This document shows positions 40,068 through 52,860 of a DNA stretch of 64,000 nucleotides, piece by piece; the stretch's first letter is position 1; every line of letters starts with the position of its first letter. Origin of the DNA: an uncultured Chloroflexia bacterium (GTDB lineage: Bacteria > Chloroflexota > Limnocylindria > Limnocylindrales > CSP1-4); the NCBI GenBank assembly GCA_963734535.1, contig CAVTHS010000010.1, positions 301,804 through 365,803 of the forward strand. The letters run 5' to 3'. The notes beneath the pieces were generated by a model, which searched no databases, had not been told where the DNA came from, and saw only the letters and a program-made list of their open reading frames with translations. The position numbers and the translations under genes were made by a program.

Positions 40068-41690
40068 GTGGTGAGGCGACCCGCGGTCGCGATCCGAGAC
40101 GCGTCCGGAGCACGGTTCCGGGGGCTGCTGGAGGCGGCCCCTGACGCCATGGTGGTCGTGGACAAGGACGGCGAGATCGTCCTGCTCAACGTGCAGGCGG
40201 AGAAGCAGTTCGGCTACCGCCGCGACGAGCTGGTCGGCCAGCCGGTCACGAACATCATCCCGGTGGGCTTCGCCGAACGGCTGATCGCCGACGACCTGCG
40301 CTCCGCGGCCGAGGCCCTGGCCCAGCAGATCGGCACCGGCATCGAGCTCTCCGGGCGGCGCAAGGACGGCAGCGAGTTCCCGATCGAGATCATGCTGAGC
40401 CCCCTCGAGAGCGCCGAGGGGATCCTCGTCACGGCGGCCATCCGCAACATCAGCGTGCGCAAGGAGGCCGAGGGCCAGCTCCTCCAGGCCCAGAAGCTCG
40501 AGTCGATCGGGAGGCTGGCCGGCGGGATCGCCCACGACTTCAACAACATGCTCTTCGTCATCAACGGGCATGCCGAGATGCTCGACCAGGACCTGGCGCC
40601 GGAGCATCGCGCCACGCTCGATCTCGACGAGACGCTTCGCAACGTCCGGGCCATCCGGGAAGCGGGAGAACGGGCTGCCACGCTCACGGCCCAGCTCCTT
40701 GCCTTCAGCCGCCAGCAGGTCATCAGCCCGACGGTGCTCGACCTCAACGCGGCCATCGATGGCATCGAGCCGATGGTGCGGAAGCTGATCGGCGAGAACA
40801 TGCGGCTCGTCGTCAAGCTCGGGCGACGACGCCGGTCACATCCGCGCGGACGCGGGCCAGCTCGACCAGATCCTCGTCAATCTCGTCGTCAACGCCCGCG
40901 ACGCGATGCCGGACGGCGGAACGGTGACGATCGAGACCGGGACGGCAGATGGTCGACGCGCAAGTATGCGACCGAGCATTTCGATGCGAAGCCCGGCGCC
41001 GTACGTCCTGCTCGTCGTCAGCGACACCGGGATCGGGATGGATCGCACGATGCGGGAGCGCATCTTCGAGCCCTTCTTCACGACGAAGCAGATCGGCAAG
41101 GGGACCGGCCTCGGGCTCGCCACCGCCTACGGAATCGTCCACCAGGCGGGCGGCCACGTCTGGGTCTACTCCGAGCCCGGCCTGGGGTCGACGTTCAAGC
41201 TCTACTTCCCGCGCGTCGACGCCCCGGGATCGACGGAGGAGCCCGCCGCGTCCCCGTCCCCCCGCCCTCGGAACCGGCACGGTCCTCGTCGTCGAGGACG
41301 AGCCGGTGGTTCGCGACATGACCACGCAGATGCTCGTCCGGGCCGGCTATCACGTGATCGCGGTCGCCGAGGGCGCCGACGCCATCGCGCGGCTGGCGCG
41401 GCTCGAGGAGCCCGATCGACGTGCTCGTCACCGACGTCATCATGGCGCACATGTCCGGCATCGAGCTCGCCGGGCTCGTGATGGATCAGTATCCGGACGT
41501 CGGCGTCGTGATGCTTTCCGGCTACACCGCCGAGACCCTCGACCTGGAGCGCGTCACGACGCGAGGCGCGACGTTCGTGCCCAAACCCGTGACGTCCGGC
41601 CAGCTCGTCCTCGCGGTCCAGCAGGCCCAGGCGGTGCGACGGGCCAGCGGGACTCGGGGCCGCGGGCCGATCACGAATGGGAGCTCGTGA
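40068..41690 (+). CDS. PAS hybrid histidine kinase, CckA-like (several frameshifts)
   Basis: [63 protein letters not shown]-terminal REC. Confidence 0.9.
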
Positions 41691-44111
41691 ACGTGGAGAC
41701 GACGGCGCCAGACGCCCCGGTTCTGATCGTCGACGACGATGCCGCCGCGCGCGAGCTCGTCGCGACACAGCTCCGACGCGAAGGGTTCGAGACGCGCGAG
41801 GCGGCGAGCGGCGAGGCTGCGCTGCGGCTCATCGCGGCCGAGGCCATCGGCCTCGTCATCCTCGACATGCGCATGCCCGGCCTATCGGGCACCGATGTCG
41901 ATCCTCGCGCTCCGCGAGCAGCCCGACACGGCAACCCTCCCGATCATGGTGCTGACGGGCAAGGGCGACGAGTACTCGCTCGCCGCGAGTCTCGGCGTCG
42001 GCGCGGACGACTACCTGACGAAGCCGATCCGGCTCGACGAGCTGGTCGCGCGGGTCCGGGCGCACCTGCGCGGCGTGCGGGTCGCTGCCGAGCAGGCCGA
42101 GCGCGAGAGCGAGGAGCGGTACCGGGCGCTCGTCGAGCAGTCGGCGGACGGCATCCTCGTCTCCGACCAAACCCGCCGCTACGTCGTGGCGAATCCGGCC
42201 ATCTGCCGGATGCTGGGCTACACGCGCGACGAGCTCCTGTCGATGTACTCGCCGAGCCTGAGCGCCGACGACGACCCGCTGAGCCCCGACGACATGGACG
42301 TTCGACTGGCCGAGACCGCGGCCGGGACCGGGCTCGTCGTGCAGCGACGCTACAGGCGCAGTGACGGATCGAGCCTGTCGGCGGAGGTGACCTTCTCCCA
42401 GCTGCCCGATGGGCGCCTGCAGCGCAACATCCGGGATATCGGCGAGCGTCTGGCCGCCGACGCGGAGCGGACGAGACTCGCGTCGGCCGTCGAGCAGACT
42501 GCCGACGCGATCTGGATGAACGACCTCTCGGGCATCATCACCTACGTCAACCCCGCCTTCAGCCGGGCCTACGGGTACGAGCGGTCCGAGATCGTCGGCC
42601 GGTACGCGGGCATCCTCGACAGTGGCCAGCATGAGCCCGCGTTCTTCTCGGCCATCTGGGCCGCGGTGCGCACGGGGCGGACCTGGACGGGCACGATCGT
42701 CAACCGGCGCAAGGACGGCAGCCCGATCGAAGTGGAATTGGTCATCTCGGCGATTTGCGATGCCGAGGATCAGTTGACGGGGTACGTCCAGGCCGACCGG
42801 GACGTCACGCACGAGCGGCAGCTCGAGGGTGCCCTCGCGCGGGATGCCCGGGAGCGCGAGACGATCGAGACAGCCCTCGCGCGGATCGACCCGGAGGCGT
42901 CGGCCGAGGAGATCGCGACCGAGGCGTGTGCGGTCATCAACGGGCTTCCCGGCGTCGATTCCACCATGGCGGTCGCGCTCGACGAGGTGGAGGGCAGCGT
43001 GCTCGCAGTGGTCGGACAGCTTACGACCACCTTCGTCGCGGGTACGCCAGTCGCGGCGAGCCGCGTGGCATACCTGCGCGAGCGGGCGTCCGGCGGCCTG
43101 TGGTACGAGGAATGGCGGCCGGGTCCGGAAAGTGGGCTGTGGGCGGATGCCATCACGGCCACCGGGCTTCGCGCGGCCGCGTACGGCCCCTTGCGCAGCG
43201 CGAGGGGCGTGATCGGCGTCGTCGGCATCGCGAGCCACGACACCGCGACAGCGTCGGCCCTTGTCGAGCACATGCCGGCATTGGCCGCATTTGCCTCGAT
43301 CCTCGGGGCGTTGTTGGGTCCGAAGCTCGAGGATCGACGACGCGCGGGTGATCAGCGGACCCAGATCCAAGAGATCCTCGACGCGTCCGCCTTCACGCCA
43401 TTCTTCCAGCCGATCGTCGACCTCCGCACGGGCGCCGTCGTCGGGTACGAGGCGCTGAGCCGCTTCGCGGATGGCGTGCCACCGGATACCCGGTTCACCG
43501 CGGCGGCGAGAGCCGGGCTCGGTATCGAGCTGGAGCTCGCAACGCTCCGGGCGGCGATCGCGGCCGCGGCCAGTGTCCTGCCGCCGGCCGCGTATTTGAG
43601 CCTCAATGCCTCGCCTCGGCTCATCTTCTCGGGCGAGCTCCGATCACTCCTCGGCGGCATCGAGCGACCGCTCGTCCTCGAGATCACGGAGCACGTGGCG
43701 ATCGCGGACTACCCGGCGTTGCGAGCGGAGCTGACGACATTGGGGCCGACCGTCCGTCTCGCGGTGGACGATGCAGGGGCGGGCTACGCCAGCTTCCGCC
43801 ACATCCTCGAGCTCTCGCCCAACCTCGTGAAGCTCGACATCGGGCTCATCCGCGGGATCGACGCCGACCCCGCCCGCCAGGCGCTGCTTGCCGGAATGGC
43901 GTACTTCGCGGTAAAGCGCAAGATCCGCCTCGTCGCCGAAGGAATCGAGACCGGCAAAGAGCTCGAGGTCCTCCGTTCGCTCGCGATCCCGTACGGACAG
44001 GGCTATCTCCTGGGCCGACCCCAGGATGGCCGGGGGCCCGGGCCGTGGCCGGCCGCCGTCACGCTCACGACACGGCCGGCGAAGGCGCGCAGGTCTCGCG
44101 CGCGACGCTGA
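41687..44111 (+). CDS. REC-PAS-PAS-GAF-EAL c-di-GMP phosphodiesterase (frameshift near 41900)
   Basis: LIVDDD...LDMRMP...ADDYLTKP; two PAS; FFQPIVDL...YEALSRF, LEITE, VDDAGAG, VKLD, VAEGIET, QGYL. Confidence 0.92.
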
Positions 44112-44310
44112 CGCCGAACCGGCGCCCTGCTCGACGCGCGGATCGAGCCGAACGCCTCGGCCTCCCCGTCGAGGGCCGGGGCCGGTGGGCGGAGAAGTGC
44201 CCGTGGCCGGCACCGGGTAGGCTGCCCGGGACGAGCCGGCCCCGGACGGTCGTCGGCCGCGGTCGCGGCAGGAGCCACGGCCCGGGGCGCACGGGAGGCC
44301 GCCCATCTTC

Positions 44311-45679
44311 ATGGACGAGCAGTTCGACTTCGTGGTCATCGGAGCCGGTCCGGCCGGCGAGGCCGCCACCTACCTGGCGCGTGCCCGCGGCGCGACGGTC
44401 GCCGTGGCCGACCGGGAGCTGTTCGGTGGGTCGTGCCCCTTCTGGGCGTGCATGCCGTCCAAGACCCTGCTGCACGCGGCGGCGGTCCACGCGGGCGGCG
44501 GGGACTACGACTGGCCACGGGCCTCCGCCCGCCGCGACTACATGATCAGCCGCGAGGGGACCGACTTCCCGAGCGACGCCGGCCACGTGTCCGGGCTCGC
44601 GGGAGCGGGCGCGGTCACGATCCGCGGAGCCGCCCGAATCGCCGGCGCGGGCCGCGTCGTCGTCACGCATGACGGCGCGGAGCACGAGCTGCGGGCCCGC
44701 AACATCGTGGTCGCGGTCGGGTCGCAATCCAGGGTCCCGGCCATCGACGGCCTCGACGCGATCAGGCCCTGGACCAACCGCGAGGCGACCAGCACACGCG
44801 ACGCTGCCCGCGAGCCTGGTGATCCTGGGCGGCGGTCCGACCGGCGTGGAGCTGGCACAGGTGTTCGCCCGCTATGGCGTGCCGACCGCCCTCGTCGCGT
44901 CGCAGCCGCGCATCAACCCGAAGGGCCATCCGCGCAACTCGGCGGCGCTCGAGGCGACCCTTCGCGCAGACGGCGTGGAGATCCGGACCGGCGTTCGTGC
45001 CATCCGGGTGCGGGCGCGGGCCGCGGCATCGGGCGCGCACGTGATCGATCTCGCCGACGGCACCACCGTCGAGGGCCACGAGGTCCTCCTGGCGGTCGGG
45101 CGGACGCTGCCGCTCGCGGGCCTCGGCCTCGAGACGCTCGGCATCGACGTATCCGGCGGCGCGCTCACGGTGGGACCGGACCTCCGGATCGCTCCGAGCG
45201 TCTTCGTGGCGGGCGACCCGGCCGGCCCCGAGATGCACACGCACCTCGCGCACTACCAGGGCGAGATGGCGGTGCGGATCGCCCTCGGCGACGACGTCCT
45301 CCCGGACTACCGGGCCATCCCGAACGCGGTCTACACGGATCCCGAGGTCGCCGGCGTCGGCCGGTCTCTCGAGGAGGCGCTCGCGGCCGGGTATGACGCG
45401 TTCGAGGAGGTGACCGACCTCGCGACGACGGCGAAGGGTTACGTCGCCGAGGCCAGCGGCCACGTGACGATCGTCGTGGATCGCGCGACGCGGACGCTCC
45501 TCGGCGCCTTCATCGCGGGCCCAGCTGCGTCCGAGGTGATCCACGAGGCAGTGCTTGCCATCAGGACGCGGACCACCCTCGAGGTCCTCGCCGATACGAT
45601 CCACGCGTTCCCGACGACGGCTCGCGCGATGGGCGGGCTCTTCGCCCAGGCGGTCGCCACCCTCGATACGGCTCCGTGA
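44311..45679 (+). CDS. Pyridine nucleotide-disulfide oxidoreductase, Lpd/MerA-like (frameshift near 44800)
   Basis: IGAGPAG, GGSCPFWACMPSK redox disulfide, LGGGPTGVE, AGD, C-terminal IHAFPT. Confidence 0.9.
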
Positions 45680-46672
45680 CCGCTCCGGGCCACGGGGACG
45701 AACAGGGGGCCCTGATCACGTCCCGCATCGCGCCGATCAGGATCCCGGACGAGTTCACCGTCTGGGCCGCCAGCGACGTCCACGGCCAGCTGCGCGCGGT
45801 CGATCGGCTGCTCCGCGCAGCCGGCCTGTCCGATGGCGCGGACCGCTGGGTCGCGCCTCCCGCGACGGCCCTCGTGGTGACCGGGGACGTCGTGGACCGG
45901 GGCCCCGACTCGTTGCGGCTGGTCCGGCGCCTTGCCTCGCTCCGCGCACAGGCGGGGGCCGCGGGCGGGCTGGTCGCGATCCTCGGTGGCAACCACGAGG
46001 CGCAGGTCCTCGGCGGGCTCGATGGCCAGCCGGAGATCTTCCGCGCGCTGATGGCATTCGGCGGGGGCGCGACGCTCCTGTCCGCCGGACTGCGCCCGGA
46101 CGAGTGGGAGGGCCGCTCGCCCGCCGAGATCGCGGCTCGCGTGGACGAGCGTGCGCCCGACCTCCGACCGACGCTCTGGACGTTCGCACCGTACGCGCGC
46201 TGGGGAGACGTGCTGCTGGTGCACGGCGGTCCGGTGCCGAACCAGGAGCTGGACCGGTTCGAGCGGAGCGCCGACCGGTTGTGGATTCGCGACGGGTTCT
46301 TCGCCTCGCCGGATCGCTTCCCCGATGCCGGGGCCTGGGCGCCTTACCGGAAGGCCGGCCTGGGCAGGGTGGTCTTCGGGCACACGCCGGTTGACGTCCC
46401 GACGCTCTTCCATGCCGGGCATGCCCTCAACCTCGACACGTGGCGTGGCAGGCAGGTCACGCTGGCCCGGCTCGATCCGGGGCGGGAGCTGCGCGATGCG
46501 GTCTTCCTCTCCGAGCCGGCCGAGCCGCGCGCCGATCGCCGACGCGCCGGTCTCGGCCGAGGAGATCCGACGCTTCGACGCCGAGCTGCCCGCCGTGGTC
46601 GATGCGTGGGTGGCGCGTCGGCAGGGCCTCGCCGTTCAGCCGGCCGGGCGGACGACCTCGTACCGGGGGTAG
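45676..46672 (+). CDS. Calcineurin-like metallophosphoesterase (frameshift near 46530)
   Basis: SDVHG, GDVVDRG, GNHE, VHGG, FGHTP, LDT. Confidence 0.9.
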
Positions 46673-46776
46673 TTCACGCCGGAGCCGAGCGTCCGGGTCT
46701 CGAGGAGCCGCAGCCCGACGCGGTTCTCGAGCGCCTGGAGGAAGGGCGTGCCGGCTCCCAGGATCACCGGGCTCAT
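46636..46776 (-). pseudogene. C-terminal fragment of a RibD_C/dihydrofolate reductase-family gene
   Basis: 46-aa frame MSPVILGAGTPFLQALENRVGLRLLETRTLGSGVNYPRYE, read by eye; not in the ORF track. Confidence 0.6.
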
Positions 46777-47486
46777 GGATGGGCGGATCTCGTCGATCCG
46801 CGCGGATCCACGCGTTTGTCGGGCTCATCGTCGAGGATCTCGAGGCCGAGCTCCGCCGCGAGGAGCGGAGCAAGATCGTGGAGCTGCGCCCGGCTCACGA
46901 TCGCGCCGCGCAGGCTCTCGACGCCGATCAGCGACCGCAGCCTGGCACCCGACAGGTCGACCTTCGAGAGCGTGGCTCCCGCGACGTTGAGCTCGTCGAC
47001 CGTGCAGTCGACGAGGCCGACCGAGCGCAGCTGGGCGGATCGGACGTCCAGGGTGCCGATCTCGCAGTCCTCGAAGACCACGTCCTCGAGCCGCGCGCCC
47101 GAGAGGTTCACGAAGCCGAGCTTGCTGCGGCGCACGCGAATGCCGGCCCACGTCGCACCGCTCAGCGTCACTGCGCCAAGACGGCTCCCGGCTATGCCGG
47201 AATCGCGCCAGGCGGTATCGGAGAGGTCGACGCTCGCCCCGTGGACCTCGGCGAGCAGCGATTCCACGACGCGAGCGCGCTGCATCGAGAGGCCGTCGAG
47301 GCAGCACCGCTGCAGGCGGCACTCCAGGAACCTGGCATCGCTGGCGTCCTGGCCCGTGAAGTCGCGGTCGACGAAATCGATCGCGTCATAGTCGCGGCGC
47401 GGCTCGAGCCCGCCTCCCACGAAACGGGTGAGATGTGGCAACGCGGCCGCTCGCTCCGCGGTGGCCCGCCGCGCATCCTTCCTCAT
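46773..47486 (-). CDS. Pentapeptide repeat protein
   Basis: A[D/N]Lxx-type repeats (VDLSD, VNLSG, ARLED, VDLSG, ARLRS); ATG overlaps upstream stop. Confidence 0.88.
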   Translation of the reverse strand: MRKDARRATAERAAALPHLTRFVGGGLEPRRDYDAIDFVDRDFTGQDASDARFLECRLQRCCLDGLSMQRARVVESLLAEVHGASVDLSDTAWRDSGIAGSRLGAVTLSGATWAGIRVRRSKLGFVNLSGARLEDVVFEDCEIGTLDVRSAQLRSVGLVDCTVDELNVAGATLSKVDLSGARLRSLIGVESLRGAIVSRAQLHDLAPLLAAELGLEILDDEPDKRVDPRGSTRSAHP

Positions 47487-49138
47487 CCTGTCGCGTCCCC
47501 TCCGCCGTGTGCATGCGCCGCCGTGAAGGTTCGGGCATCCACGTCGCCTCGATCCACGCCATCCTGCCCGCCGAGCCGCTGGGTGTGCTTCGCCTCGTAC
47601 ATGTGTCGATCTGCCTCGCCGATCAGCTCGTCGAGCGTGCGCGGGCGCTCCGGGTCGAACATCGCGGCCCCGACGCTCAGCGACAGCGCAAACGCGCGGC
47701 CCGGCATCTCGTTCGCCCGCGCCAGGGCGTCCTCGACACGCGTCAGGAGCCTGTCTCCGTCGGTTGGCGAGACCTCTGTCGCGAGGATCGCGAACTCGTC
47801 GCCGCCGAATCGTGCGACCAGGTCGGCCGCCCGAAACGTCCCGTTTCTCAGCAGGTCGGCGGTCTCCCGAAGCGCCCGATCCCCGGCCTCGTGGCCCAGG
47901 CGGTCGTTGATCTCCTTGAGGCCGTCGAGGTCTGCGAAGAGGAGCCAGAGCCGGTTCCGCGTCCGGATCGACGTGCGCAGCTGCTGCTCGGCGAGCGTCG
48001 AGAAGCCGCGCCTGTTCAACAAACCCGTGAGCCCGTCGGTGAGAGAAAGCGTTCGGATGGTCTCGACCATCTGGTGTCGCTCGGTGACCTCGCGCAGGAC
48101 AACGAGCGAGCCCGCATCGCGCCGCCTCTCGTCGGCGATCGCGCTCACGCGGACGTCGAACCATCGCTCGCCCTCCGATGCGAGCGCCGACGGGGCATGC
48201 TCGGTCCGCCCGGGTTGCCCGGGGCTCATCGGGATCTCGGCCTCCCGTTGGCCCGACTCCTGGCAGACCGCGACGAGGTCCGGGTAACGGTGGAGCACGT
48301 CGGCGAGCGCCATGCCCCAACGAATCGGCCCCGATCCCGAGCAGCTTGATCGCCGAGGCGTTGACGGCCGCGATCCGCCGCTCGGGATCCAGCACGAGCA
48401 CCGAGTCCGCAAATGAATCGACGAGCATCGGCCAGGCGACCGGCACGACATCGAGCAAGCGGGATCGGAGGACCGCCCATGCGCCGATGAGCCCCGAGAT
48501 CGCGAACGCGATCGAGCTCAGGTCCGCGTGCACGGATGCCTCCCAGCCCCGCGACGTACGAGGACGCTTCCAGCGACGGGCGCGAGCGACCCGACGATGA
48601 CGATCCGCATCCGCGCCGAATACACCGGTGGGTATCGGTAGATGCCCGCGACCAGCGCGAGCAGCCCCATCCCGATGAGCGCGTACGCGTAGGCGGCCCC
48701 CGCCCAGAACCACGGACCGTGCTGGTATACCGCTGTGACACCCCACGCGTCGATGAGCGTGACGGACGACCAGAGCAGGTGGTGCCACTCGTTCGTGGCG
48801 GCCATGCCGACGGAGATTGCCGGTACGAGCAGCAGCAGCGCGGTCCGAGCGCCCGTCAGCCATCCGTCCTGGCGGGTCCAGGCGAGCACGAACAGCAGGT
48901 AGAGGACGGGCGCACTCTCGATTCCCGGGTACGCCACGACCGACCAGGCGATCTTCGTCGACCGGTCGAGCGCTGACGCCTCGAGCGCGTTTGCGATCAG
49001 CCACCAGCCCACGGCGAGCATGAGAAGCGCGAGCTCGCGGGCGCCCGCCAGGTGGCGCCGACGCCATGCGACGATCGCGACCGCGACGGCCACGGCAGCG
49101 GAGGCGACGTACGACACGACGAGGGGGTTCAGCTGCAC
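47483..49138 (-). CDS. HisKA_7TM-PAS-GGDEF diguanylate cyclase (frameshifted)
   Basis: 7TM N-terminus with ATNEWHHLLW, GPWFW; PAS; TDGLTGLLNRR, DLDGLKEINDRLGHEAGD, RAAD I-site, RFGGDEF. Confidence 0.9.
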
Positions 49139-49218
49139 GAGTGCTCCGGAAGCGGGCTGGGACGTCGTCGCGAAGCGGCCCCTATCCTATCCGGCCGCCC
49201 GGACGCGCGATCCAGAAT

Positions 49219-49255
49219 CGTGACGACGCGTCATGGCGTGACCACACGTCATGAC
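49219..49255. promoter_or_regulatory. Tandem palindromic operator TGAC-N5-GTCA x2
   Basis: CGTGACGACGCGTCATG (49219) and CGTGACCACACGTCATG (49237) between divergent genes. Confidence 0.55.
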
Positions 49256-49371
49256 GGTTGCCGCGCCCCGGCATAGAGTGCCGTGGCAGCGCGTGATCGC
49301 CTCGGCTTGCCGCGCGACGCGGGCGATCGCGAGAAGCGAACCCTTCCCGGATGCCACGTGGGTGAGCACAG

Positions 49372-52300
49372 ATGGCCGACGATCCAGACGCAGCGACCCA
49401 GCCGACCGGTGAGGCCGGGCTTCGGGCGCTCGTCGAGGGCATCCCCGGCGTGGTCTACCGGCGTCAGGCACGGCCGCCCTGGCGCTTCGCCTACCTGAGC
49501 CACGCGGTCGAGTCGATCGCCGGGTACCGGGCGACGGACCTGGTCACCGCCGGGGCGATGCCGGACGCGCTCCTGCCGGCGCCCGAGGACGTGCCCGCGT
49601 TCGCGGAGGCCGTGGCCGCTGCGGTCAACGCCGGCCATTCATATGCGCTCGAGTACCGCGTCCGTCACGCGGACGGGTCCACGCGATGGATCGCCGATCG
49701 CGGCCATCCCGGGGGTGGCGGGAGCATCGCCGCGACCTGGATCGACGGCGTGCTCTTCGACATCACGGAGCGCAGGCAGGTGGAGCTGGTGCGGACCGAG
49801 GGACCGGCGGTCCTCGAGGCGCTCATGAACACGACCCCGGACCATGTCTACTTCAAGGACGCGGACAGCCGCTTCACGATGATCAGCAGGGCGTTGGCGA
49901 CGTCGTTCGGCCTGGGCGATCCGTCGAAGGCGGTTGGCACGTCCGATTTCGACTTCTTCACGGAAGAACACGCGCGGTCTGCATTCGAGGATGAGCAGGA
50001 GATCATGCGGACGAGCGTGCCCGTCGTGGATCTCGAGGAACGGGAGACGTGGCCAGACGGCCACGAGACGTGGGTGTCAACGACCAAGCTCGCCCGCACC
50101 GATCACGCGGGGAACGTCGTCGGCACCTTCGGGATCTCCCGCGACATCACGGGACGCAAGCAGGCGCAACGGGAGCTTCTCGAGGCCGAGGGTCGATACC
50201 GGTCGGTCGTGGACGCGCTGGCCGAGGGGATCGTGCTGCAGGCACCTGACGGCGCGATCTATGCCTCCAATGCGGCCGCCGAGGCGATCCTGGGCCTCAC
50301 GAAGGACCAGATGATCGGCCGGACGCCGTTCGACCCGATGTGGCGCGCGATTCACGAGGACGGATCGCCGTTCCCGGGCGAGGCGTACCCGGCGATGGTC
50401 ACGCTGGCCACGGGGGAGCCGTGCGCGGGCGTGGTCATGGGCGTGCACCGGCCCGACGACACGCTGGCCTGGATCTCGGTCAACGCGCGGCCCCTCGTCC
50501 ATCCTGGCGAGTCGAGTCCCTACGCAGTGGTGTCGTCGATGACCGACATCACTGCCTCGAAGCGGACCCAGGCGGCCCTCGAGTCCTCGGAGCGGCGCAT
50601 GCGGACGGCGCTCGACACGATGCTCGCGGGCGTCACCATCCAGTCGGCCGTGCGAGACGGCGACGGGCGCATCGTCGACTTCGCGATCGACTACTCCAAC
50701 TCCGCGATCGGGATGATCAGCGGGACGGCGGGCAGCCTCCAGGCTGGCCGCTCGCTGCTCGAGCTGTTCCCTGCCCATCGGACGAACGGGCTCTTCGACG
50801 CCTACGTCCGCGTGGTCGAGACGGGCGTCCCGTTCGAGTCCGACGCCTTCCGGTACCTCGACGTCGATGCGGAGGGCGGCCCGCTCGACCAGGTGCTGGA
50901 CCTGCGCGCTGCCAGGATCGGCGACGGCTACGTCCTCTCGGTCCGCGATGTCACCCGGCAGAAGCAGGCGGAGCAGGTGCTCGTGGAGCAACGCGCCCTG
51001 CTCGACGCACTGATGGACAACACGCCGGACCACATCTATTTCAAGGACGCCGAAAGCCGCTTCACGAGGATCAGCAAGGCGATGGCCCGCTCCCTCGGGC
51101 TGCGCGACCCCGCGGAGGCGATCGGCAGGACCGACGTCGACTTCTTCACGGAAGAGCAGGCGCGATTGGCGCTCGATGACGAGCGTGAGGTCATGCGGTC
51201 CGGCATGCCCCTCGTGGATCGAGAGGAACGGGAGACCTGGCCCGATGGCCGGGAAGCATGGGCCTCGAGCACGAAGCTGCCGCTGGTGGGATCCGACGGG
51301 AACGTCGTGGGCACCTTCGGCATCTCCAGGGACATCACCTCGCGCAAGCGCACCGCGGCAGAGATCGCCGAGACGAACCGCCGCCTCGAGGCGGCGATCG
51401 CGCAAGCCACCGAGATGACCCTGCGGGCCGAGCTTGCGAACGAGGCCAAGAGCGAGTTCCTGGCCAACATGAGTCACGAGATCAGGACGCCCATGAACGG
51501 GGTCATCGGCATGATCGGGCTCCTGCTCGACACGGAGCTCAACGAGGACCAGCGGCACTATGCGGAGGTCGTGCGAGCGAGCGGTGAGTCGCTGCTGGAC
51601 CTCCTCAACGACATCCTCGACTTCTCCAAGATCGAGGCCGGGAGCGTCGAGCTGGAGATGCTCGACTTCGACCTGCGCGCGCTTCTCGACGACTTCGCCG
51701 CATTGCCGGCCCTGCGCGCGCACGAGAAGGGGCTCGAGTTCATCTGTGCCGCGGCACCCGACGTGCCGGCACACCTCGCCGGTGATCCGGGACGGCTGCG
51801 CCAGGTCCTCCTCAACCTGGCCGGCAACGCTCTCAAGTTCACCCACCAGGGGGAGATCTCGGTCCGCGCGAGTCTCGTGGCCGAGACCGAGGCGGACGTC
51901 GTCGTGCGCTTCTCGGTCAAGGACACGGGCATCGGCATCGCGCCCGAGAAGCAGGCGCTCATGTTCGAGAAGTTCACCCAGGCGGACGCGTCTACCACCC
52001 GCCGGTATGGCGGCACCGGCCTCGGGCTTGCCATCTCCAAGCGGCTGGTCGAGCTGATGGGTGGCGAGATCGGTCTCAGCAGCGAGGAAGGGCGCGGCTC
52101 GGAGTTCTGGTTCACGGTGCGCCTCGAAAAGCAATCCGAGTCGGATCGCCCGACGGTCCCGGCGGCGGAGCTGCTCGGTGCCCACATCCTCGTCGTGGAC
52201 GACAACGCGACCAACCGCGAGGTACTGTCTGCCCAGCTGCGCGCCTGGGACGCGCGACCGGAGGAGTCGTCGGACGGCCCCTCGGCGCTCCTGGCGCTGG

Positions 52301-52860
52301 CGCAGGCGCGGGACGCGGGGGACCGATTCGTGGCGGCGATCCTGGACATGCAGATGCCGGACATGGACGGGGCGGGCGTCGCCCGGGCGATCAAGGCGGA
52401 CGAGACGCTGAGGGACACCCGCCTGGTGTTGTTGACCTCGCTGGGCCAGCGGGGTGACGCGCGGCAGATGGAGGAGATCGGCTTCTCCGCGTACCTGATG
52501 AAGCCCGCGCGACAGTCGGACCTCTTCGACAGCCTGTCCGCGGTGCTGGCCGGCGTGCCTGTCAGCCGTGGCGCGCGGCACATCGTCACCCGTCACGCGG
52601 TCCGCGAGATGCGCCGCGGCGCGATTCGCATCCTCCTTGCCGAGGACAACGTCACCAACCAGCAGGTCGCACTCGGCATCCTCAGGAAACTGGGGCTGCG
52701 AGCGGACGCCGTCGCCGACGGTGCCGAGGCGATCCGGGCGCTGGAGACGATCCCATACGACCTCGTGCTGATGGACGTGCAGATGCCGGAGATGGACGGC
52801 CTCGAGGCAACAGCCAGAATCCGCGACCCGCGATCAGCGGTCCTCCACCACCGAGTCCCG
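49372..52860 (+). CDS. Multi-PAS hybrid histidine kinase (5 PAS-HisKA-HATPase-REC-REC), cut in the second REC
   Basis: [62 protein letters not shown]; ends at ...HHRVP. Confidence 0.92.

Noticed and set aside
44311-45679. Mercuric reductase merA
   Set aside because: No C-terminal Cys pair, no HMA domain and no mer genes.
46773-49067. 764-aa ORF joining the 7TM region to pentapeptide repeats
   Set aside because: Off-frame read-through of the cyclase gene; the pentapeptide gene starts at 47486.
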